A stretch of DNA of 22,443 nucleotides. It comes from Piromyces finnis finn (taxonomy: Eukaryota > Fungi > Neocallimastigomycota). The stretch is taken from assembly GCA_002104945.1 (NCBI GenBank), contig MCFH01000163.1, forward strand, positions 1 to 22,443. The letters are read 5' to 3'. This document shows positions 1 to 14,309 of the stretch, one piece after another. The position numbers were made by a program, and so were the translations under genes. Positions within the stretch are counted from its first letter, which is position 1; every line of letters starts with the position of its first letter. The notes below the pieces were generated by a model. The model was given only the letters and a program-made list of their open reading frames with translations. It ran no database searches and had not been told where the DNA came from.

Positions 1-2295
<2,295 letters not shown>

Positions 2296-3333
2296 TTCCA
2301 TTAAAAGGAGAAAGAACTTGAAAACGTTTATCTACAGTTTTGTCTTGATTTTCAATTGGACCTTGGCCTTCCATATTAGATTGTCCAAAGGCTAAGTAAA
2401 TGTGAAAGTTTGGATCTGGTAACATTTTAGCCATTATAAATATATTTTTCTTATTTAATTTCAATAAATATTATAAATATAGTAATTAGATTTATGAAAT
2501 GGTATTAAAATAAATATGATTTGTATATATTTATTTTTTCCTTTTATCAAAATAAATGAAATTTTTAATTTAAAAAATTTTTAATTGAGTAAAAATGGAC
2601 TGATTTTATAGTAATTCAAAAAAAGAAAAAAATATAAATATGTTTATTATCTGATATACTTTTAATATTATTAAATTAATTAAATCCTTTTATATATATA
2701 TATTATAATAATAACAAAAAAAAAAAAAACATTAAATGATATAAAATGTTTATAATGTATATAATGTATATATTTTTTGTTTTAATATAATTATGCTTAT
2801 TAAATAATTGGTTATGATTAGTTGATGAATACATATTTTTCAATATTAATAATTTAGCAGAATTTTAATATAAATTAAAGTTTTTAAATAATATAAACAT
2901 GTTTTTTTTTTTTTTTTTTCTATAAATGAATAGAAAAAAGCAAGTGATTATAAACATTTTTAATATGATTATGTATATAATGGATAAAAAGAAAATCTTC
3001 ATATTTTTATAAATGATCTTTTAATATAATATAAAAGTTTATTATGGTATAATTTATAAGGAATTTTATACTATTAAATAAATATAAATTAATATAAATA
3101 TTTACTTTTTTTTTCTTTATTTTTATAATTGTAAAAAAGTAATAACAAAAACTTGTTAATTAAAATAAATATACAATATATAAATTTCTATAGGTGAAAA
3201 ATGTATGTAATTAATTTTTATTTTCAATATTTAATAATAATATTAATAAATATTATTACCATAAATATTATAAATCATTTTTGTCATTCATTATGAAACT
3301 TCTTAACAATACTATGTTTACAAACAATGATCA

Positions 3334-3471
3334 ATGTTTAATAAGTTTAAAGCAACGATCAAGAACGTTAAAACTGAAAAAATAGTAAGATCAGCCATTT
3401 GGCATATTTTGATTATGACTTTCAGTCGTCACATTGAAGCAATCGAGGACAAATATAATTATTATATTTGA
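3334..3471 (+). other. GC-elevated island containing a 45-codon ORF (possible small gene or gene relic)
   Basis: ATG 3334 to TGA 3469-3471 encodes MFNKFKATIKNVKTEKIVRSAIWHILIMTFSRHIEAIEDKYNYYI. By hand count, 3341-3450 is 37/110 G+C (about 34%) against far more AT-rich flanks. I do not recognise a homologue. Confidence 0.2.
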
Positions 3472-3996
3472 GTATAATAATTGTATATTGTATAATAGTG
3501 ACTTATTTTGTTCATATGTTAATAATTAAAAAAAATTCCAAAATATTTATAGACTTTCCCTTTTATTTATACAACAATCTTCTTTTTTATTTACTAATAT
3601 GACTTTTATAATTGTTAATTTTTTCTTTTTTTTTTGAAATAAAATATATATTTTTAATTTTTTTTTTATTAATATAAATGATTGTGTGTGATATATTAAT
3701 ATAAATATGAAGATATAATAATATACATTATATATGCTTATATAAAAAATTAAATATTGATTTATTATCTTTTCTAAATATTGAATAATTTCAATTATTG
3801 CTTTTTTTTTTTTTTTTAATAATATTTATATATATAAATATTTTAATATTAAATAACGTTAAAAATAATGAGTTAATCTTTATATTTCTTTTTCTATTGT
3901 AAAATGTATAATAAAATGAAATATAGATTTTGAGTAAAATTTTTATTATAAAATGAAAATTTAGAAGTCTTTATAATGATATAGATATTAAGGGTC

Positions 3997-6900
3997 TTAA
4001 ACAACTTGATGATTTGGTTTAATTTCTTTAATTTCGCCATCATCATCGTCATCATCTAAATCTTCTTCTTCAACATCTTCTTCATCTTCATATTCTAAAT
4101 CAATTAAAGCCAAGTCAAGACCCCAGACACGACGTTTAATAGCTTTGTATACTTCAGAGAATGCAATAAAGATAAAATAGAAAATCCGATTAAAGCCCAT
4201 TGCCAAGTAATATAAGTTTGTTTAAATACTTTATCATTAATAACAGGGATGTAAGCGGTTGGAACAATAAGAATAAGACCAAGGATGAAAGAGAAAAGAA
4301 GTGCTTTATTCATTTTTTGCTTTGTGAAGAAACCACTCTTACGGTTATGACGACAATTAAAACCATGAACTAAATTAATAAAGAAAGAACATAAAAGGCA
4401 ACACCACGAGCAAGGAAACCGATTTTACATTTTTCTTCTTCAATACCGTCACTTTCATTACAATTTACATTATTTGTTAATAAATCTGATCCATTCTTTG
4501 CTATAATTGTAATAATATAAGATACTAAAGATAAAACACCCATAAGCAAACCATAAATGACAGTATCTAACATTAATTCGAAAGAAAACAATGAGGAAGA
4601 AAGTGGTCTTGGTGGATGATGCATAACATCCTTAGCAGCTTTTTCAACACCAAGAGCTAAAGCAATTGGAGAACTAGTAACCATATTTAAGTATAAAATT
4701 TGAGCTGGAGACATAGGGAATACAGATACATTTTGATCTTTAAAGAATAAACCAAGTACTAAAGAACAACTTCAGATACATTACCAGAAAGTAAGTGGAG
4801 AGTGAATTTACCAATATTAGTGAAAATTCTACGACCAGAAGCAATGCATGGACAATACTAGCGAAATTATCATCAGTTAAAGTAATAGAAGAAGCTTGCT
4901 TTGTGACATCACTACCTCCTTTACCCATAGCAATACCAATATCAGCCATTTTAATAGCTGGAGCATCATTAACACCATCACCAGTCATAGCAACAAACTT
5001 TTCACGACGACGGTGAAGAGCTTCAATAAGAGTAACTTTTGTTTGTGGGGTACAACGAGCAATAACTAATGGTAAGTAAGTCATAGCATCAACATCCTCT
5101 GGCTTCATATTATCAAAATCGGAGGCAAACCATAACAACATTCTTTTTATTCATATTTTCCTTTGAAATAATACCAATTTCGGCAGCAATAGCTTTAGCA
5201 GTAGCTGGGTGATCACCAGTAGCCATACGAACAATAATACCTGCTTCTTGACACATTCTAACTGAGGCTGCTGATTCTTCTCTTGGTGGATCATACATAC
5301 CAATAATACCGAGATAAATTAAATCACTTTCAGCTTGTTCTCTAGTCATATTTTCATCATAAGTATCTCTAAAAGCATAAGAAAGACCTAAAACACGCAT
5401 ACCTCTGGATGCAAATTTCATCATAAACTTTTTGGATTTCTTTCCAACATCTGGATGAATTTGTTCAATTTGATTATCTTTAGTCATATAATTGTTACAA
5501 ATAGAGAGTTCACTTTCCATTGCACCCTTAGATAAGAAGAGATATTTACCAGTTTCTTTGTTTTTGTAAATAACAGTCATACGTTTAACAACAGCATCAA
5601 ATGGATGTTCCATAATAAATTCATACTTTTCAGAAATTTTTTCTTTAGTGTAACCAAACTTTTGAGCAAATACTACTAAAGCGATTTCAGTTGGATCACC
5701 AATACTTTTCCAAGCATTTTCTTCTTTTTCATAGAATAGAGATGATGTACTACATAAGGCACAAACCATACTGGCTAAATCTAAACGTTGACTATCTTGA
5801 TTAATTTCACTTAATGGGACTTCCTCAGTGTATTTCTTACTGTCTGGAGCCTTTCTCATTAATTTACCTTCTGGAATAATACCAACACCAGTAACTTCAA
5901 AATCTTCTTCACCAATATAGCAACTTTTGACAACCATTTTACTTTGAGTTAAAGTACCAGTCTTATCAGAACAAATATCTGTAACTTGACCTAAAGCTTC
6001 TAAGGCGGCTAAACGACGAATAATAGCCTTTTCTTTAGCCATGTGACGTACACCGACAGCCATAGTAACAGTAACGACAGCTGGAAGACCTTCTGGTAAA
6101 ATAGCAACGGCTAAAGAAATAGCATATAAAAGAACTTCAGAAGTAATCTTAAATTTGTTTACAGCAAAGACAACTACTGCTAAAATAATAGCAATTCCTA
6201 ACAATAAGAACATCATTCTGTCCATAGTCTTTTGAAGTGGTGTTTTACCACTTTGACTTTTGCTTTCACTCTTTTCTAACATAACAGCAATCTTACCAAC
6301 TTCAGTTTTTAAACCAGTACCAATAACAATACCAATACCTCTACCTTTAGTAGCTAAACTATTTTTAAAAGCACAATTTGTTCTATCACCAACAGAAATT
6401 TCATTTTCTTTAACTTCAAGTTTATTAACTTGCTTTACAGCTGGAACAGATTCACCAGTTAATAAGGATTCATCAATTTCTAAATTAACAGCTTCGCATA
6501 AACGAAGATCAGCTGGGATAACATCACCTTCTTCTAAGTAAACAACATCACCTGGAACAACTTCTCTGCATGGAATAACGTTAACTTCATGATTACGTAA
6601 AACTCTAGCGGTTGGAGAAGACATTTTCTTTAAAGCTTCCATAGTTTTTTCAGACTTAAATTCTTGGAAGAAACCAATACCAGTATTTGTAACAATAACA
6701 ACAGCTAATACAATAGCTTCAACCCAATCTTGTACACAGCAACTGACAATCAAAGCAATAAGTAAAACAATATTCATAGAGTTTGAATAAGTTACTTAAA
6801 AATACCTTTAAGGTAGAAGTACCAGATGAACCATACAATTCATTGGCACCTACTCTTTGAAGTCTTTCTGTAGCTTCATCTTGGGTAAGACCAGTAGTAA

Positions 6901-7386
6901 CATCTATTTAATATTAATTTAATAAAATTAATTTATTCTGAACAAAAATAGAATAACTACTAAATTTAAATATATTATTTCAATGACAACTTTTCATACT
7001 ATAAATATCTATAATACTAAGTTTTTAATATCCTTTAATTTTTATTTTAATATTCTTAATACATATGAATAACATATAATATTCATTAAAATTTTCGAAG
7101 GCTTATTAATACTTTCTTTTTATTAAAAAATTTTTTTATCTATTTATTACTTTTATTTATATAAATAGTTATTATACTGAAATTAACTTCAACATATAAA
7201 TTCTTATTTCGTTCTTTTTTAACCTCTTAAAAAAATTTTTTTTTTCATTTTCTTGTTCAATTATTGTATTTTATAAAAGCACTTACCTGTGTGTAATAAT
7301 GATTTAGTTTCGTCAATTGATAGTAAATGGTATTCTACCTTTTCTTCTTCTTCCTTTGGTTCAATAATTACGTCTTTACTAGACAT
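3997..7386 (-). CDS. ENA1: P-type ATPase, type IID (ENA-like Na+/K+ efflux pump); exon 1 7386-7287, intron 7286-6904, exon 2 6903-3997
   Basis: Exon 1 reads MSSKDVIIEPKEEEEKVEYHLLSIDETKSLLHT, then a gtaagt donor and a tag acceptor in matching phase. P-type motifs present: DVIPAD, TGES, LPEGLP, ICSDKTGTLTQ, GDPTE, KGA, DPPR, TGD, GDGVNDAP. ENA-like signatures: VIARCTPQTKVxLIEALHRR and GLFFKD..SVFPMSP. Six 1-bp frameshifts (about 6783, 5128, 4845, 4762, 4373, 4175) join the ORF-track fragments into one protein ending KPNHQVV*. Confidence 0.9.
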
Positions 7387-8138
7387 TTTTTTCTTTATGA
7401 TATTTAATTATATAACTATCTTATACTATTATTATAAATTTAAATGTTTCTATTATAAAAACTGGTTCCTTATTTTTGTTTATAATAAATTTTTTATATT
7501 TTAACTATATAGTTATAAAACACTATTCTTAAATAGATTTTTAACTAGATTTCTGTATAATTTGTTAAATATTCTTTATAAAAGAAACCTATATCTATTT
7601 TCCTTTTAATATATTTATTTCAATTTCTTAATTATTTTAAATTTTTTTTTATTATCCTTTCTTTTCAAAAAAAAAAAATAAAATGTATATCACCAATGAG
7701 AAAAAAATAGATTCTTTATATCTTTACTATTAATGTTAATCTATTTTTCTCTGGTATAATATTTAAAAAAAAAAAAAAAAAACCAAAAAATAAAATTAAA
7801 AACGCAACTTTTTTTTTGTTTATTATTTAAAAAAAAAGAAAAAAAAAAAAGTTAAGTTTTTTTCTTTTTTAAAGTTAAAATAATGTTATAAAATTTTAAA
7901 TCTTAATAATTAAAAATGGATAATAAATTTTTTCTCAATATACTTTTCAGTACAAATAAAAATATGAAATAAATTTTAATATATTAAAAGTTATAATTTA
8001 AAATTAAAGTTTTTAAATCATAATATATTATCAATTTAAAGATATATGTAATACTACATTATAATAATAAAGATGAGACCTTTATATTTCGATACTTGTA
8101 AATTAAAGCATAAAATAATTTATCATGCAACCTTTTGA

Positions 8139-8182
8139 TTTTATTTAATAATAATGAAGGCAGTCATTATTATTAAATAAAA
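8139..8182. repeat. Perfect hairpin, 19-bp stem with 6-nt loop
   Basis: ttttatttaataataatga (8139-8157), loop aggcag, then tcattattattaaataaaa (8164-8182). Confidence 0.9.
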
Positions 8183-11100
8183 AGAAAGATGCATATTTGA
8201 AATTAACTTATAAAAGTAATAAACTTAAATAATTGAATTGTTTAAATATATTATAATTATATTGTCTCGTAATAAATATTTTAGGTCTATTAATAATATA
8301 TTTTTATGTTACACGAATAATTGATTAATTTTATTTTCTTCAACATACACTTTATCATAATAGAACAGACAAAAAATTGAATATTTTCCTTTATTTTCTT
8401 CTTATAGAACTTTTAAAAATAGTAATTTCAACAAAATATCCTAATCATCAACAAAACTAAATTGATAATACATATAAACACAATTAAAGAGTTAATATTA
8501 TATATGTAATTGGTTATTATAATTGTTAATAATAACCTGCATTATTGTTAATGGTGGCATAAGTATTAAATATATATACATATTAAATATTTTATTTTTA
8601 AAAAATAAAGATATTCATGCTCCTAATATGCTATTCTTTTTTTGAAATAAAATTATAAAAATATATAATTTATTAATCATTATTACATAATAATTATTAT
8701 ATAATTAATTAAATTAAATATAAATGTAAAGAAAAAAGATATAATCTACCACACAATAATGATATTAACTAACATTAAATAAAAAATGATAATTATAACT
8801 TATTTTCTTGTAATATTTTTTTATTTATTATTAATGTGATTTTTTTATAATAAACTGTCAATTTAAATTTTAATATAAGTTATATAACTTAAATAAGATT
8901 AATTAGTTTTATAATAATAATAAGGTTACATATAAATTTAAAATTAAAACCTTAAATATTTTATTATACTTTAAATTTGAGAAATGTCATATATAAAGTT
9001 TTTTATTTTAAAAAATGAATACATATAGGCAGTTATGTAGATAAATTGAATTATTGACACTATTTTTTCTCTTTAAATTTATTATATAAGTTAATATATT
9101 TATTAAGAGTGAAATTTTAACAAAAGCTTTTAATATAAGTAAAATATTTATTTAAAAATATATAAGCAAATTTGCTTTTTTGTGTATGTTATGAATAATA
9201 TTCATTATATATATGTTCAAATATAAAAAATCATTGCATATATTCTACTATAAATATATAATGCTCTATATATAATATTACAATGATAATACTTAAATTT
9301 AAGCATATAATTTTTGTCATTATTCTTATTTATCAACACCCATAATTTTCCTTAGTGTCATTTAAAAAAAATATCAATATAATTAAATAATTAGATTATT
9401 AAAAAAAAATAAAAAAAATGACAATTATCATAAAAACTCTAAATTTATTGAATAAAATAATTATTATAATAAAAAGATAAAATAATTAAGGTTTTTTATA
9501 ATCAAAATAAAAAAAAAAAAAATCTGATAATTTATTGAATATATTTTTCAACACATATTATAATTACAAATACATATTATTATTTTCTTTTGTTAAAAAA
9601 AATTTCACTACAATTTATTAAATATATAAGAATATTTTATTTAAATAATGTAAAAAAAAAAAAAAGAAAAAGATAATATGATTTTTAAAAGAATTTAAAA
9701 TATATAAATATAATAATTTTAAAAAAAAGAGTTAAAAGATATAAATGTTCTAATATCTAATATTATTTAATATTAATAAGTTTTAATTTTGAATTAGCAA
9801 TGACTATTAAGGTTTTGCCATTTCAATATTTTTTATAATAATAATCAAGTAGTATTTTATTTAAATTTTCACATTATAATTTATTCCATATATGAAAGGT
9901 AAAAATTTAATTTAATGAATAGCTGTCAAATTTTAACCAATTATTTTTTGGAATTTATATATTTTAATATAAAAAAGAAAAGAAAAACAGAATAATGTTT
10001 GAATATATTTTAAGTTTCCCTTTATAGATCAGATAATTTATTTTAAAAATGATATTATATATATGTATAATTAGTTTCAACATTCTCATTATAATTTAAT
10101 ATTAAAGTTCTAACTAAGCTTTAATAAAAATTAAATGTCAATTATTGTATGAAATATTCAATGAATAACAATAGTTTAATTTTCTTTAACATCATTATAT
10201 ACATATATATTAATAGATAATGATAATATAAACTTTAATCATTTTTTATTTTTGAAAAGAATACCTTTTAATAAAATATGATAATAGAATTATTCAAAAA
10301 TATAGTTTTATATTGTAAACTGTAAACAAATATATTTAATAGTATTTAATAATAATTTTAAATTATAATAGTCTTTAGAAACCAAAAGTGGTTTTTTAGT
10401 AATTGATAATTAATAGTTAATTATTTTCATGACTATCGTATGCTTATTAACTAGTTAAATAAAAATATAATAATATTATTAATAGAATTAATAAATCATA
10501 TAATAATATTTTTATTTGATGCATTATTATTATAATGATTATTATATATTATCTGTACTACTATAATATTTTGTAACAATAGTATTTACTTTCGAACTAT
10601 TATAATAATAAAGTTAAAAAATTATTAAACGATATTTATATCCCACCACTTATATAATTTAAATATTATATACATATACTATACACTATTATAAATTTCA
10701 AATACTAATTTTCAATTAAAGTATTATTTGAAATAATTATATTTAAACAATAATTATTTTAAAATTACTACTCTCATACCTATTTCGTAAATTTTTGATT
10801 TTATGATTTTATATAATTAACTAGTAGCTTCAAATAAAATATATAAATTAAAAAAATGCTTTTTTACTCAAATTAATATTTTCTATTTGAAAAATATAAT
10901 AGGAAAAGTGTATAGTTCATAAATAATATTATTACTCATAAAAAATATTATTTTTTATAAACTATTATATTTAATAGAATATACATATATAACAATATAA
11001 TTAATTATTATTCATTTAGGGAAATTACTTCTTTATTATGAATAGCATTTTAGATAAATAATTTTCAACTAATTATAATTATGATACTTAAAAAATATAA

Positions 11101-11285
11101 CTTGTTATATAATAATGATTAATAAAACAAATATATACATTTTAGCAAATATGTTTATTTCTTTTTTTAGAAAAGCTAATATCAATTATAATAATTTAAT
11201 ATATATATATTTTGTTTAAAACTGTCTTAAATAAATATTATTATTGTAAAAATTAATTTATATAAATAAAAAGCTTATACTTATG

Positions 11286-11320
11286 TATTATTATTATTAT
11301 TATTATGTTATTATTATTAT
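11286..11320. repeat. (TAT)n microsatellite with one interruption
   Basis: tattattattattattattat g ttattattattat. Confidence 0.85.
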
Positions 11321-11457
11321 TTTGATAAAATATAATTATATAAATCTATGATTTATAGATATGATATAATAATATAATAGTATTTCATATTGATTAAAAT
11401 AAAGTATAATAAAAATATATATATATTTCATATCAAATAAAATACCCTATCTTATAC

Positions 11458-11663
11458 TATAATAGAATATTTAATTATTAAAATAATTTAAAAATAACTA
11501 TTCCATCATTGAATTAATTAGAAAAATTAATTTTACATCTACAATTATTTCTTAATTGTATATAATAGAATATTTAATTATTAAAATAATTTAAAAATAA
11601 CTATTCCATCATTGAATTAATTAGAAAAATTAATTTTACATCTACAATTAAGAAATAATTGTA
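11458..11663. repeat. 103-bp tandem duplication; the copies differ only by an inverted 5-nt hairpin loop
   Basis: Units 11458-11560 and 11561-11663 are identical except at the end: tacaatta-tttct-taattgta versus tacaatta-agaaa-taattgta. Confidence 0.95.
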
Positions 11664-12280
11664 AGGTATTTAAATATGAAATTTTAAATGAACTTTTATA
11701 TTTTTATATTCCTTTTCTTTTTATTATAAGTTATTTATAGATTAAAATTTTAATTGCATTATTATTTGTTCAAATAAAAAAAATAGAAATAAAATGTTGC
11801 ACTATCTTTTATATCATAATTTTAATCTATAAATAAAGTTTTAGACATAATGAACTTTTTTTTTTTATATTTTTTTATATGAAATTTATAAAAAAAATTT
11901 TTTAAAAAGAAGTTTAATTATTATAATACAATTCTAATTAATAATGTTAATAACTATCTATATTCTAAAATTATACTTAATTTTATTAATTTTGTAACTC
12001 TAAATAATTAAAAGAAAATCTATTAATAAAATGAATATTATTAAAGAACAAATTCTTACAATTAAAATTAACTTCTAATTTTTCAGAAATTGTATAAAAG
12101 AAGCAAAATTTCATTCATTTTAAAAATCAGTTATCTATTGATCTATTCAATAAATAATTAATATACCACAAAAAACCGAGCTTATTAGCAAAAAGCGATA
12201 TTTTTAAAAAAAATAATTTTATTTTTTTCTTAATAAAAAAATAAAAACTTTTAAAAAATTTTTTTTAATAATTAATCAAG

Positions 12281-13227
12281 ATGGTTTACCAAAACAATCG
12301 TCAAAATGTTATGGTTAAGGGTTTCGGAAACTCTTTCATGAACAGAGCCAATGTTAATCAACATATTCAACACAAACAACAATTAAACAACAAAACCCAA
12401 AAGCCAACTCAAAAGCCATTAAGAGGTCAAAATTTACAACAATTTAATAATGCCGTTCATGAATTATGTTTTATGTACGACGCTGTCAACTACTTCGGAA
12501 AGTCCGAATATGCCAAGAAGAATTGTTGGAGAGTAATTAACAAACATCAATTAAACACTGCTACCATTTATTCTATTCGTTATGCTCCATCTGTTCCAAA
12601 AAGAAATGTTGCTAAGAAGCAACCAACCAAGAAACAAGAACAACGTCCACAACCAAAACAACAACCAAAGCAACAATTAAGACAACAATTAAAGCAACAA
12701 CAACCAAAACAACAATTAAGACAACAACCAAAGCAACAATTAAGACAACAATTAAAACAACAACAACCAAAGCAACAAAGTAGAAAACAAGGTGGAAGAA
12801 GAATTGGTGGATGTCAATTCAAGCCAAATGTTCCACGTGTTCACAATTACAGTACTACTCCATTACCAAACAACTTATATCCAACTCCTAAAAACTTCAA
12901 TCACTTATTTGATGCTTTCAACTACTTTGGTAATCCAAAGGTTAGAGGCATTAAATCTTGGATCGAAAGCTCTCGTACTCACAAGTTAAACTCTATCGCT
13001 ACAGTCTTTGCTAAGAGAAATGCTCCACATGTCCCAATAAGACATAACCGTTCTAATAGAAAAAACCAACAACAAGGTCCAAAAAACAACAACAAATCCA
13101 AAGAAATGTTCCAAAGCAACAATCTAACAGAAGACAACCACAAAAGAACAACAGAAAACAAAAGAATCAATTCTCAAATGTTTGGGAAGATTACTACGTT
13201 AGTCCAAAACAACGTATGTTCAAGTAA
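12281..13227 (+). CDS. Intronless hypothetical basic, Q/K/N/R-rich protein (about 315 aa) with two copies of a novel-looking motif
   Basis: A long open frame in an AT desert, starting at aatcaagATG, with strong coding-like codon bias (AAC, TTC, TAC, CAC, AAG, GCC). The track's end at 13243 probably results from a missing A in the run at 13081-13086. Restoring it gives GPKKQQQIQRNVPKQQSNRRQPQKNNRKQKNQFSNVWEDYYVSPKQRMFK* with TAA at 13225-13227, which matches the composition of the rest of the protein. Confidence 0.85.
12659..12778 (+). repeat. In-frame 63-bp tandem repeat (about 1.9 copies) encoding QQPKQQLRQQLKQQQPKQQLR
   Basis: caacaaccaaagcaacaattaagacaacaattaaa starts at both 12659 and 12722. 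The unit is built from QQxK/QQxR blocks. Confidence 0.9.
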
Positions 13228-13985
13228 AAGTATTGATTTATAGTGGGAAAACTCTATATTTTCAATTTGTAGTTCTTTTGAAAATCTAATTGTTGTTGGG
13301 ATATTTCATTAGAACAAAATTCAAAATATTTCTTTTTTTATTATATATAACAAAATGAGTTATTTATATCGATTTTAAAAGGGATTTGGTTAAATATAAA
13401 TTTTTAATAATTTATTTTTAAAAATCAAATTACTTTTTTTTTTTAAAAAAGAAAAATTTATTTTATTTTTTTTTTATATAAAAAATATTTTTAAAATATG
13501 TAAATCACAAACCAAATATATATTTAATATTAATATATATTTTATATCTCGATTGTTTGATTACAAATAATCATTATACCATTGTGTAATATTTTAAAAA
13601 ACATATTTTATTAAGAATATAAAAAAAAAAAAAAATTTAAAAAAAAAAATAAAAAAAAAAACCTTAGGGGAAAAAAAAAATAAAGTTATAAATTTTTAGT
13701 GTGTAACTAAATTATTATTATCATATAAATATTAGGGATATATAAGATTTAAAAAGGAAAAGAAGTAAATTTATTTTATATAATTTTATTTTACATTATT
13801 AATTTTATTTATTATTAATTTTATTTATTATTAATTATTAATTTAATGCTGTTTTATTTAAATAAAAGGTAATTAATGTTATATATTCTTTCAAATACTT
13901 TTGCTTTTTTTTTTATTATAATTATTGTATTATTCTTCACTACTATAATGTGATTTTATTTTAATTTTATTAGTTTTTTTTTTTT

Positions 13986-14016
<31 letters not shown>

Positions 14017-14131
14017 ATTTTATATTTATTTTCATAATTTTTCTTGATTGCTTTTTCTAATATATTTTTTATATTTTATTTTATATATATATATATATAG
14101 CCTTTGTTTTTGGTAAATGAATAATAGGAAA

Positions 14132-14277
14132 TTAAATTCCTTTAACATCTACACATAACATTCTCTCAATAAAGTTTCTTAATGTTTCAGTTACTATTTC
14201 ATTGGTTGTTCTTAATGTTAAACGGTACATCTATATTTTAAAATTAAAATTTAAAATGTATTTATTTAATTAATAAT

Positions 14278-14309
<32 letters not shown>

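Noticed and set aside
4795-6541. Plus-strand ORFs 4795-5016 and 6260-6541
   Set aside because: They are antisense shadows of the ATPase coding strand with no independent coding signal.
7289-7504. 71-aa plus-strand ORF
   Set aside because: It is the antisense of ATPase exon 1 plus AT-rich upstream DNA, giving an F/Y/I-rich low-complexity translation.
7502-10458. Short perfect palindromes: 7502-7515, 8876-8891, 9164-9177, 9292-9303, 10447-10458
   Set aside because: At about 85% AT, several 12-16 bp palindromes are expected by chance in 5 kb, and they share no common sequence.
11458-11663. Possible CRISPR-like repeat-spacer structure
   Set aside because: There are only two abutting units, no unique spacers, no cas genes, and the context is eukaryotic.
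12792-13170. ORFs 12792-12989 (+) and 12979-13170 (-)
   Set aside because: They are alternate-frame and antisense by-products of the orphan gene.
11010-13745. Isolated ttaggg hexamers (about 11017, 13663, 13733)
   Set aside because: They are single occurrences, not a telomeric array.
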